Positions 39,963 through 48,492 of a stretch of DNA of 64,000 nucleotides are shown piece by piece. Under the pieces are notes generated by a model. It did not search any database and was not told the DNA's origin. It saw nothing but the letters and a program-made list of their open reading frames with translations. Positions within the stretch are counted from its first letter, which is position 1; each line of letters opens with the position of its first letter. The position numbers and the translations under genes were made by a program. Source of the DNA: Chloroflexota bacterium (GTDB lineage Bacteria > Chloroflexota > Anaerolineae > Anaerolineales > JBFLVL01); the NCBI GenBank assembly GCA_040758495.1, contig JBFLVL010000009.1, positions 27,516 to 91,515 on the forward strand, in the 5' to 3' direction.

Positions 39963-40634
39963 ATGAATATGGATGCAGAAGATATTGTGTTCTACGAAGA
40001 CCAGACTCTGATTGCGGTCAACAAACCCTCCCAGGTGCTCACCCTTCCGGATGGCTACGATCCACACCTGCCCTATCTACGCAGCCTCTTAGAACCCCTC
40101 TTTGGACCTCTATACATTGTCCACCGTCTGGATCGGGATACCAGTGGGGTTTTACTCCTCGCCCGGACACCAGATGCTCATCGCGCCTTAAACCAGCAAT
40201 TCCAGGAACATGCCGTAAACAAGGTATACCATGCGCTCACCCACAATAATCCTCCCTGGGAGAGCATCACGATAGACTACCCCCTTCGTCCCAACGGAGA
40301 CCGTCATCACCGTACGATAGTTGACCACCAGCATGGTAAAGAAGCGATCACCGAATTTCGAGTGCTCAAACGATTTGAAAGGGTCTGCCTCCTGGAAGCT
40401 CGACCACTCACAGGACGACGACACCAGATACGGGTCCACCTAGCAAGCATAAATCTCCCCATCCTCGCTGATCAGCTCTATGGTCAGGAGTCCTCTCAGG
40501 GTATCATCCAACGTCTGGCTCTCCACGCCTTTTCAATTCGCATCCTCCATCCCACCACAAATGAAACGACCTCGTTTGAAGCCCCCTATCCCCCAGACTT
40601 CGCTCACGCCTTGCGAAGCGCGGGTTCTCTCTAG
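39963..40634 (+). CDS. RluA-family pseudouridine synthase
   Basis: The catalytic motif is HRLDRDTSGVLLLA. ATG 39963 avoids the overlap with ipk that the track start at 39921 would create. Confidence 0.88.
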   Translation: MNMDAEDIVFYEDQTLIAVNKPSQVLTLPDGYDPHLPYLRSLLEPLFGPLYIVHRLDRDTSGVLLLARTPDAHRALNQQFQEHAVNKVYHALTHNNPPWESITIDYPLRPNGDRHHRTIVDHQHGKEAITEFRVLKRFERVCLLEARPLTGRRHQIRVHLASINLPILADQLYGQESSQGIIQRLALHAFSIRILHPTTNETTSFEAPYPPDFAHALRSAGSL

Positions 40635-40635
40635 G

Positions 40636-42717
40636 ATGCCTATGGTTGACCTGTTCACCTACATCACCAAAAAGCTGTGGCCAGGCCTGGAAACCTTACC
40701 CGATGAACGGCAGCAAATCGGGATCAGCGAAGTAATTACCTTCCTTTACACCACTCCTCTGGCAATTGCTGGCCTGATATGGCTGGCAAGTACGACCGAT
40801 TGGTCAAACCTAGGGAAAAATATTGCTTTCCTGCTGGTGCACGCCCTGTTCTTGATGTTCTTCAACAGGTTTAAGTATTTCGTCATTATCGAATTGCGCA
40901 CAGATCGTTATGGCAGCTCCGAGGGAACGTTGACCAACATCATATTATGGTCAACCACTTTGCTCATCGGACCCTCTGCGTTGTGGCTGGCTGTCGCCTG
41001 GACGACTGTCCTTTTCATCCGGAACTGGATAGGGGCAAAATCTGTTGCTGCGCGCTGGCCTCTATTACGCAACCTTACCACCGACCTGGCTACTAATTCA
41101 TTCGTGTTTCTCTTATCTCTTAGCCTCTATCAGGCCATCGGAGGAAGTTATCCACCGAAAACGTTAGAACCAATCCTGATCATACAACTCTTCGGAGTTA
41201 TGACTTCATTTTTTGTTTTTTCATTAGTCCTGTGGTTGGGTTACATGGCATTTGGGGTAGGGATTCAAAAGCGGTTTGCTCACTCCAATCCTATTCGTCC
41301 CCTCGTCACCTTCTTTGCCCTGGCACTCAGTCTGCCCCACCTGGTCTCACCTTTCGCTATTATTTCCTCCAGCTTATACGCTCAGAGCGGTATTTTCGCC
41401 TATCTATTCTTTTTGAGTGGTTTTTGTGTCATCGCCCTGGCTACTCATCAACTAAGTTGGGCAGCCGAGACCAGCCGGGTACAATCTCGAGCTTTAGAGA
41501 AATTAGAAAAGTTAGGAAGGAATATCATTAATTCTTTCCCCGACAGGGCTTCCCTACAGGAGATCTTGCAGGAAAACGTGGCCAACATGTTCCCCTCCGG
41601 ATTCCTGGCTATCTGGACAGTTTACGACGAACTGCTCCGCAAACAACCGGATTATTGGGAAGCCGAGATTGAAAAAATATTACCCTGGGCAATGCCCCTC
41701 GAGGAGGCGCGCTGCTTTACAGCCAACGAAACCCTCCCCTGGGAAGAGGAGGGAAAGAAGGATCATAATCCCATTATCCTGGCTCCCATTCAGGATTCTG
41801 AGGGGGAAACTTCCATCGGATTTATCTACCTGGAATTACGCTTGCTGGCCCAACCCTGGACACACAAAGCCCTCCAAAACCTGCTTCCGGCTGTTCAGGC
41901 ATTAGCCTCACTCATCACTTCCGCTGACCACCAAGCCCACACGTATTCACAAAACCTGGAATATCAACGCTTGACGCAGGAATTGAAACTGGCTGCCCGC
42001 ATCCAGTACAGCCTGCTCCCCTCCAGAGTGCCAACCATCCCTGGCTGGCAGCTCGCGGTCACCTTCGATCCGGTGGGTGAAACTTCCGGCGACTTCTTCG
42101 ACATCATACCGCTGTCTGAAGGGAGAATTGGCCTGGTAGTGGCAGATGTTGCCGATAAGGGTTTTGGCCCCGCTCTTTTCATGGCGATCAGCCGGACGCT
42201 GTTGCGTACCTATGCTTATGAATTCGAAACCCAACCCGAGATGATCATCCGGGCTACTAACGAGCGCATTCTAAGAGATAGCCGTGCCGGTCTCTTTGTC
42301 ACTGTCTTTTTCAGCATTTTAGACCAGGAAACCAGGACGCTGAGCTACGCCAACGCCGGTCACCATCCTCCCATCTTACACAGTGCTCACAACCAGGTAA
42401 AAACCCAGGTGCTTATGAACACTGGCATCCCCGTTGGCATTGATGAGAAAGCTACCTGGGGGTGTGAGAGCGTCAAGATGTTCCCTGGTGACCTCTTGGT
42501 TCTCTACACGGATGGACTAACCGATGCGCAAAATGCCCACGGTAAGTTCTACGGGCAAGAGAACCTGATATACTCGATTATTGAAAATCATGGTAAGCCT
42601 GCCGACGAAGTTCAAAAGAACATTCTGGATAGCGTGTACCAATTTACCAGCGAGGCTCCCCAGTTCGATGACATCACCCTGATGGTATTGTGCAGGAACT
42701 TTGCTGAAGAGGTGTGA
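40636..42717 (+). CDS. Membrane-bound PP2C/SpoIIE-family serine phosphatase with a multi-TM N-terminus and a GAF-like middle region
   Basis: The PP2C blocks are GDFFD, VADVADKGFGPALFM, NAGHHPP, LYTDGLTDA and FDDITLMV. About 8 TM segments precede them. ATG 40636 immediately follows the rluA-family stop, and the track's 52-aa N-terminal extension overlaps that gene. Confidence 0.85.
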   Translation: MPMVDLFTYITKKLWPGLETLPDERQQIGISEVITFLYTTPLAIAGLIWLASTTDWSNLGKNIAFLLVHALFLMFFNRFKYFVIIELRTDRYGSSEGTLTNIILWSTTLLIGPSALWLAVAWTTVLFIRNWIGAKSVAARWPLLRNLTTDLATNSFVFLLSLSLYQAIGGSYPPKTLEPILIIQLFGVMTSFFVFSLVLWLGYMAFGVGIQKRFAHSNPIRPLVTFFALALSLPHLVSPFAIISSSLYAQSGIFAYLFFLSGFCVIALATHQLSWAAETSRVQSRALEKLEKLGRNIINSFPDRASLQEILQENVANMFPSGFLAIWTVYDELLRKQPDYWEAEIEKILPWAMPLEEARCFTANETLPWEEEGKKDHNPIILAPIQDSEGETSIGFIYLELRLLAQPWTHKALQNLLPAVQALASLITSADHQAHTYSQNLEYQRLTQELKLAARIQYSLLPSRVPTIPGWQLAVTFDPVGETSGDFFDIIPLSEGRIGLVVADVADKGFGPALFMAISRTLLRTYAYEFETQPEMIIRATNERILRDSRAGLFVTVFFSILDQETRTLSYANAGHHPPILHSAHNQVKTQVLMNTGIPVGIDEKATWGCESVKMFPGDLLVLYTDGLTDAQNAHGKFYGQENLIYSIIENHGKPADEVQKNILDSVYQFTSEAPQFDDITLMVLCRNFAEEV

Positions 42718-42812
42718 GACTGCTAAGCCGAACGACTTGAGCCAAGCCGACGTCCTCGTTGGCGGCTGTACCGATAAAAATGTAATTACACGATTAATAC
42801 CTGGAGGAGACT

Positions 42813-43748
42813 ATGAAAATTGCAATAATGGGTACTGGGGGAGTAGGTGGTTATTACGGCGGCCTACTGGCCCTTAAAGGACATGATGTGACCTTCATCG
42901 CTCGCGGCGCGCACCTTGAAGCCATCCTCAAGTATGGTCTGCAGGTCAAAAGCATCCACGGGGACTTTACAATTTCTCCCTCCAAGGCCACAGAAGACCC
43001 GACCGAAATCGGAACGGTAGACCTGGTTTTGTTCTGTGTGAAAACCTACAGCACAGACCAAGCCGCGCAGGCCATCAGACCGATTGTTGGCTCAAAGACG
43101 ACAGTGATGAGCCTGCAGAATGGGATTGACGCCATTGAGCGGATCGGGGCAGTCATCGGGATGAAGCACATGGTTGGTGGTGCGACGTGGATCTCGTCAA
43201 CGGTCGAAGCGCCAGGGATAATCAAGCAAGTCTCACAATTTCGACGCATCGTAATAGGCGAGTTAGATGGCAGCCTAAGCCCGAGGGTGGAGACAATCGT
43301 GGAGGCCTTCAAACCAACCGGCATTACTATTGAAACCACAGACGATATCCAGAAAATTTTATGGACAAAGTTCGTTTTCATATCAGCTATAAGCGGTATC
43401 GGCTCCCTCGTCCGATTGGAGGTGGGTGACTACCGATTCGTCCCGGAGACGCGCACCCTGCTGGAAAATCTGATGCGCGAAGTAGTTTCCCTGGCGCGCG
43501 CTTCAGCAGTCAACCTTGACACAAACGTGGTTGAACAATCTATGGCGTTCATTGATAATGCCGCGCCTCACATCAAACCTTCCATGCAACGTGATATTGA
43601 ATCAGGTCGCCAATCTGAACTGGAATCCATGATTGGTCTGATCGGGCATAAGGGGCGTGCGTTAGGCATCCTAACCCCAACAGCCAACGTGATATATGCG
43701 TTGCTTTTGCCCTGCGATTTGAAAGCCCGTCAGGGAACCACCACATAG
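42813..43748 (+). CDS. panE: 2-dehydropantoate 2-reductase (ketopantoate reductase)
   Basis: The 311-aa ORF has an N-terminal Rossmann motif MKIAIMGTGGVGGYYGG, length and layout typical of ApbA/PanE, and a GGAGGAG SD. Confidence 0.75.
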   Translation: MKIAIMGTGGVGGYYGGLLALKGHDVTFIARGAHLEAILKYGLQVKSIHGDFTISPSKATEDPTEIGTVDLVLFCVKTYSTDQAAQAIRPIVGSKTTVMSLQNGIDAIERIGAVIGMKHMVGGATWISSTVEAPGIIKQVSQFRRIVIGELDGSLSPRVETIVEAFKPTGITIETTDDIQKILWTKFVFISAISGIGSLVRLEVGDYRFVPETRTLLENLMREVVSLARASAVNLDTNVVEQSMAFIDNAAPHIKPSMQRDIESGRQSELESMIGLIGHKGRALGILTPTANVIYALLLPCDLKARQGTTT

Positions 43749-44552
43749 TAGTGATAATAGTACGTATCGCATAGGAAGTGAAAATTCATCTATAATCCAC
43801 TTTAAATTTGATTTATAATAAGCAAGAATAATAGCAACGATCTCTCCAAAAAAGTGTTTCTATATACGACAAAGCATCCTGGGCCAAAAGCTAACAGTCA
43901 ATGTATGCTCTATATTCATGCTTTTGCCAAAAGACCATAGCGGATTGGCACATGGGGGTTACCAATCCGAGGGTTGTTGTACGTATTAACGTCAATGAGC
44001 GTTAATTGCTCTTGGCGTTTTTGTTTTATTGGTTTTGGAGCGGCACCTTTCAAGCGTAGCCTCAGCGTGGCGAGCATATACAGAAGCAGGCCAGACATCT
44101 AGCACGGCATTAAATTCTACCCTGGCACGTGCACTCATGTTCTTACGAAGGTAAGCCACACCGAGGTTGTAGTGCGCAGCAGCCTCATTACGCCTAAATA
44201 CCCCTGGTTATCCTGCTGCAAAACATCAGTGAACAAGGTAGTGGTTTCTTCTAATCACCTGAGCAGTGATACTCCTCCAAACAGGACTACGTAGTAGAAA
44301 CCTTCAAGTAAAAGAATTACAAGCAGACTCACAATACCACTAATGTTATCCAGAATTATTCATCAGTATGCCTGCCTTATCAAGATCAAGTGTATCAATG
44401 GAAGATTGGATGAATGAAAAGGAGGTGAGCATATCGGAGAACTACGTATTGAATACACCTTTTCATCGTGGCATAAGCCCGAGTTATGCGGGTGAATGCT
44501 AACCAAATACCATCATTTTTTTTGTACAATCTTTTTCTATAAGGAGAAAAAT

Positions 44553-46268
44553 ATGAATTCCCTTCTTGTTCTAATTTTGGCAGCCCTTGGTATCGGTATT
44601 GGATATGGCATCTATGCCAAGAACGTCGACAAAAAGATCGTCGAACCCAATCCAGATAAAGCAACGCCGGCAAAGATGTACATGGACGGGGTAGACTTCA
44701 CCCCAGCTACCCGTAATGTGTTGTTTGGTTACCAGTTCAAATCTGTGGCAGCGTTGGCGCCTCTCACAGGGCCTGTCATTGCCGTTCAATGGGGCTGGCT
44801 ACCCGCGCTGCTGTGGATCATCCTGGGCGTCTTCTTCATTGGTTGGGTGCAGGACTACGGTGCCATGATCATGGGCGTACGCCGCGAAGGAGAGACCATG
44901 GGAGCGTTAAGCTACAAGCTGATTTCTCCACGCGCACGCACCATCCTGATGATCTTCATCTACTTCTACCTGCTGCTGATCATGGGCGCTTTCGGCAACG
45001 CAGTCGGAAAGACCTTGATGGTCAAACCCACGGTGCCGTTCGGCATTATTGCCCTTGTGCTGATGGGCGTGCTGGCTGGGCAGATGACCTACCGCTGGAA
45101 GCAAGACATCATTCTTACATCCATCGTCACCGTCATCTTGACTTTCGTTGGCATCTGGCTCGGTACCACTGAGGCTGTCTCAAATTTCTTTGGCGCTCTC
45201 TATGGTCTTCCCGAATCACCCCAGTGGTTCCTGGGCAATACCCAGGCGGCTGTGCTGGGCACCATCCTGATGGTTATCTTCTGTTATCTCGGCGCGGTAT
45301 TGCCTATCTGGAGCTTCGCCCAGCCGGTTAACTATGTGTCCTTCTGGATCGTGACGTTGGGTATGATCAGCGCTGTGCTTGGTCTGTTGATCTGGCGTCC
45401 CGGCATGGGAGATTTCCCAATCTTCACCCAGTTCACCACCGCCAGCGGACCGCTATGGCCGATGCTCTTCGTTACCATCGCCTGTGGTGCCATCTCCGGC
45501 TGGCATAGCCTGGTTTCCACCTCAGGTACGGCGCGCCAGCTCGAAAAAGAGACCGATGCCCTGCCGGTTGGCGGCGGAGCCATGTTTATGGAAGCCGCTT
45601 TCGCTGTTGTCGCTTTCCTGACCGCCACAGTCGCCTTTGGCAGCTTCCAGGGATATATGGATGCCGGCGGCCCAGGCGCAGCGTTGGGGGTCTTTGCCAA
45701 AGGGCTTGCTGCTTTCATGAACAGGGTTGGCGTCCCTGAAACCTTCGGTGTGGCTTACGGCTCCGTTTTCCTGACCATCATGGCGATTACAATCATGCAA
45801 TTGGTGGTGCGCTTCATGCGAGTGGCCAGCGCTGAGTTGCTTGGCGATAAAATGCCAGTGATGAAAAATGTGCATGTGGGCACCATCATAGCATTGCTTC
45901 TGACCCTGCTGTTCGTCTGGATCATCCCCTGGTTGGCAATCTGGGGCGCCTTCGGCGCGGCTAACCAGTTGATGGCCGGGCTGGCCTTGCTGTTGATCGC
46001 CCTGTGGTTGAAGTCGGAGGGCAGGAAGAATGGCTGGGCGCTCTATCCGGCCATCTTCATGATCGTCACAGACATGGCCGCCCTGATCTTCCTGGCGTAT
46101 GTAAACTTCAAGAAGCTGGCTACTCCCGAGATCACCACACAGGCTTTCATCGCCTCCATACTCCTGGGGATCATCGCGGTGGTTCTGATCGTCGCAGCGG
46201 CCATTCTGATCATCGATGCCTGGAAGGCACTGCGCGCCCCAACAAAAGAGGTTGCCAGGGCAGCCTGA
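44553..46268 (+). CDS. cstA: Carbon starvation protein A-family transporter
   Basis: The ORF has more than 14 TM segments and carries ...TPAKMYMDGVDFTPATRNVLFGYQFKSVAALAPLTGPVIAVQWGWLPALLWI.... ATG 44553 is preceded by AAGGAG at 44541-44546. The track's 19-aa extension is rejected. Confidence 0.85.
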   Translation: MNSLLVLILAALGIGIGYGIYAKNVDKKIVEPNPDKATPAKMYMDGVDFTPATRNVLFGYQFKSVAALAPLTGPVIAVQWGWLPALLWIILGVFFIGWVQDYGAMIMGVRREGETMGALSYKLISPRARTILMIFIYFYLLLIMGAFGNAVGKTLMVKPTVPFGIIALVLMGVLAGQMTYRWKQDIILTSIVTVILTFVGIWLGTTEAVSNFFGALYGLPESPQWFLGNTQAAVLGTILMVIFCYLGAVLPIWSFAQPVNYVSFWIVTLGMISAVLGLLIWRPGMGDFPIFTQFTTASGPLWPMLFVTIACGAISGWHSLVSTSGTARQLEKETDALPVGGGAMFMEAAFAVVAFLTATVAFGSFQGYMDAGGPGAALGVFAKGLAAFMNRVGVPETFGVAYGSVFLTIMAITIMQLVVRFMRVASAELLGDKMPVMKNVHVGTIIALLLTLLFVWIIPWLAIWGAFGAANQLMAGLALLLIALWLKSEGRKNGWALYPAIFMIVTDMAALIFLAYVNFKKLATPEITTQAFIASILLGIIAVVLIVAAAILIIDAWKALRAPTKEVARAA

Positions 46269-46301
46269 TCGGTTCAGTCTTATCTAATCAATATCCTTAA
46301 T

Positions 46302-46329
46302 AAGGGAGGGTAGTTGCCTACCCTCCCTT
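46302..46329 (+). terminator. Strong hairpin after cstA (12-bp perfect stem, 4-nt loop)
   Basis: The sequence AAGGGAGGGTAG-TTGC-CTACCCTCCCTT lies 34 nt after the cstA stop. The U-tract is poor (T then ATAAAAA), so termination efficiency is uncertain. Confidence 0.5.
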
Positions 46330-46377
46330 TATAAAAAGCATTTCGGAGTAGCTACTCAACCTGATGTAAATGCTTCC

Positions 46378-46422
46378 GAAAATGGTAAACGAAGGGGAGG
46401 GACCCCTTCGTTACCATTTTTA
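46378..46422. terminator. Bidirectional intrinsic terminator
   Basis: The sequence GAAAATGGTAAACGAAGGGG-AGGGA-CCCCTTCGTTACCATTTTT forms a stem of ~18 bp with one bulged A. It is flanked by an A-tract on the 5' side and a T-tract on the 3' side. Confidence 0.7.
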
Positions 46423-46464
46423 TGAGTAATTCTGTTCCATAATTTCTTCGAGTGCGATATCGTT

Positions 46465-46839
46465 ATGCCCAAACCAATAAAACTGGAAATCCTTTCGCTG
46501 GTGCCCATGACGTACAAACAGTGACCGCACTGCGAAAAGTTATATGACCAATCGGGCATTGGGCAACAGGTACACAATCAAATACTGGCGGAATATCCTC
46601 AGGACCTTCTCGAAGATCATCATCGACTCTCCTCTCTGGTGGTAGAATTAAGTAGTCGCTTCAAAGATGACATTGTTATTTCTGTTATCGATCCCCAATC
46701 ATTGCCGGGAATCTTCAAATCGTTCCGTTACCGGGTACGAAAGTATCCCACTTTTATCATAGACGGACAGGAATTAGTTACCGGTTGGGATCGGGCAGCA
46801 TTGGATCGTGCGCTGGAATCTCGGCTTTCGTCTCCATAG
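46465..46839 (+). CDS. Thioredoxin/glutaredoxin-fold protein with an in-frame TGA (46522-46524) at the first position of a U/C-P-H-C motif; candidate selenoprotein
   Basis: The track calls only a GTG-started 66-aa ORF (46639..46839). The same frame is open back to ATG 46465 apart from one TGA. The translation is MPKPIKLEILSLVPMTYKQ-[TGA]-PHCEKLYDQ...KYPTFIIDGQELVTGWDRAALDRALESRL. This gives a beta1 strand, the redox motif, and a cis-Pro/beta3-beta4/alpha3 signature. There is no clear SD at 46465. Confidence 0.5.
46545..46565 (+). other. Candidate bacterial SECIS hairpin
   Basis: The hairpin UG(A)CCAAU-CGGGC-AUUGG(G)CA has 7 bp plus one mismatch and a G-rich 5-nt apical loop that starts 28 nt after the UGA. 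Confidence 0.35.
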
Positions 46840-46890
46840 AGGATTGAGCTGAGAGTACAATCAGTTCAGCTATGGAAAGCTAAGGAGTTC

Positions 46891-47178
46891 ATGTTCTCTC
46901 AAGCGAAAACCTGCGTAAAGAACGCGCTACAAACCATCCGTGAAGTCTTATACGGCATGACCATATACGATTGGGCGCGCGAACTCGAAAGGGCCCGCAA
47001 CGAACGTGATCGTCTCTTCACAATGATCGCATACGGAGAACTGCTCGGTATTCCTATCCTGCCTCCCTATTACATCTTACGCCTGATACCCTATATTGTG
47101 CCAGACTTCCCAAGCTGGCAGCGAAGTATGTTGCGCGAACGAGATCTCACCGATCTCTTCGATCAAGAAATTGGATAA
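46891..47178 (+). CDS. Small protein A (95 aa), unassigned family; paralog of the next gene
   Basis: An AAGGAG SD lies at 46882-46887. The C-terminal half is ...GELLGIPILPPYYILRLIPYIVPDFPSWQRSMLRERDLTDLF. Confidence 0.75.
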   Translation: MFSQAKTCVKNALQTIREVLYGMTIYDWARELERARNERDRLFTMIAYGELLGIPILPPYYILRLIPYIVPDFPSWQRSMLRERDLTDLFDQEIG

Positions 47179-47197
47179 ATATAAGGAGAACTTCACC

Positions 47198-47476
47198 ATG
47201 ACAGAAGAAGAACGACAAAATATCCTCAAGAGAGCAGGAAAATCGGCCATCGAATTCATCTATGGCATGGCCGGTCACGATATGACTCGCTTCGCCCTGA
47301 AAACCAGGGGGAGTATGGAGCATTTGTTTATCCTGATCACCATGGGTGACTTGCTCGGTGTGCCCATCCTGCCACCTTATTATTCGCTGCGGTTGCTGCC
47401 ATATGTCGTTCCACAAATTTCGACCTGGAAACGGCGCATGTTGCGCGAGCGCGACCTGACCGATGCCCTGGCTTAG
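47198..47476 (+). CDS. Small protein B (92 aa), paralog of small protein A
   Basis: An AAGGAG SD lies at 47183-47188. The C-terminal half is ...GDLLGVPILPPYYSLRLLPYVVPQISTWKRRMLRERDLTDAL. The track's extension to 47096 overlaps gene A and is rejected. Confidence 0.75.
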   Translation: MTEEERQNILKRAGKSAIEFIYGMAGHDMTRFALKTRGSMEHLFILITMGDLLGVPILPPYYSLRLLPYVVPQISTWKRRMLRERDLTDALA

Positions 47477-47490
47477 AAGGGAGCTGATGC

Positions 47491-48492
47491 ATGTCTCTGG
47501 CACGCATTTTTGACGAACATCCAGAACGACGCTACATTATGTTTGGCGGCAAGGGCGGCCTGGGAAAGACCACCTTTTCGGCTGCCACGGCCTATTATCT
47601 GGCCAAAAAAGGCCATAAGGTGTTAGTTTTTTCCGTAGATCCCCAGGCTTCCCTCTCCGACATCTTCGAGCGCGACATCTTTGGACAGGGGGCAGTGGAG
47701 ATTATGCCCAACCTCTACGCCCAGGAGATCGACGCCGACCGTCACATCAAGGAATACCAGGACGAAATCCGCCAGAAGATCTTCGATATGTACGGCCTGG
47801 AGGAAATCCCTGAAGAGATCGAAAGTTATATCCAGGCTGCCGCGGCCGAACCGGCCATGGAAGAGAGCGCCATCTTCGACCAGGTGGTTGATATCGTGGT
47901 CAGCGCAGAATATGACTACTATATCTACGACCTGGTACCTCTCGGTCACGCGCTTTATTACCTGAGCATGGCCAGCGTGTACGACGAGTGGATCGACAAG
48001 ATCACCAAGCTTCGCCAGGAGATGGAGGAATACAGCAAGGTGGCCTCACTTATCAAGCGCGAAAAAGAATTCGAAGAGGATATGATCCTCCAAGAATTGC
48101 TCGATATCAAATACCGCATCAACACCTCCTCCGGTATCCTGACAGATAAAGATAAGACGGCCTTCTTTTTTGTGATCATCCCGGAAGAGATGGCCTTGCT
48201 GGACACCCAAAAAGCAGCCGGTTTGTTTGCCAAATACCAAGTGCCCCTAAGCGGTTACGTGGTAAACCGGGTCATTCCACCCGAATTAGAGCAGCAAAAT
48301 ATCCCCGATTATTTACGTCATCGCTTGGATATGCAAGGAGGCTATCTAAAACGAATTGACGACCTATTCAAAGAGAATGTGTTGGCCCGAATCCCTGAGT
48401 TCGAGCGCGACATCACTGGGCTGCCAATGATTCGCAAAGTTGCCGAGGCGATGTTTGGCACGATACCAGCAGACGAAGGAGCATTGTCATGA
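47491..48492 (+). CDS. ArsA/Get3-family P-loop ATPase, paralog 1
   Basis: The 333-aa ORF has the deviant Walker A FGGKGGLGKTT, the switch-I-like SVDPQASLSD, and the switch-II position YDLVPLGHA, which keeps GH but has lost TAPT. An AAGGGAG SD is present. Confidence 0.85.
   Translation: MSLARIFDEHPERRYIMFGGKGGLGKTTFSAATAYYLAKKGHKVLVFSVDPQASLSDIFERDIFGQGAVEIMPNLYAQEIDADRHIKEYQDEIRQKIFDMYGLEEIPEEIESYIQAAAAEPAMEESAIFDQVVDIVVSAEYDYYIYDLVPLGHALYYLSMASVYDEWIDKITKLRQEMEEYSKVASLIKREKEFEEDMILQELLDIKYRINTSSGILTDKDKTAFFFVIIPEEMALLDTQKAAGLFAKYQVPLSGYVVNRVIPPELEQQNIPDYLRHRLDMQGGYLKRIDDLFKENVLARIPEFERDITGLPMIRKVAEAMFGTIPADEGALS

Noticed and set aside
40480-40635. 52-aa N-terminal extension of the PP2C phosphatase (and similar track extensions at 39921, 44496, 47096, 52104, 53871, 63359, 52072)
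   Set aside because: The extensions overlap the preceding gene or a promoter, and many use non-ATG starts. Better-placed ATG/GTG starts with SD sequences exist downstream.
44398-44502. 34-codon ATG ORF (MEDWMNEKEVSISENY...) just upstream of cstA
   Set aside because: It has no SD and no recognisable peptide. It could be a uORF, but nothing supports it.
46356-46577. 73-aa minus-strand ORF (TTG start) opposite the proposed Trx-fold N-terminus
   Set aside because: It has a non-ATG start, spans the bidirectional terminator hairpin and matches no family. The plus-strand reading gives a coherent fold.
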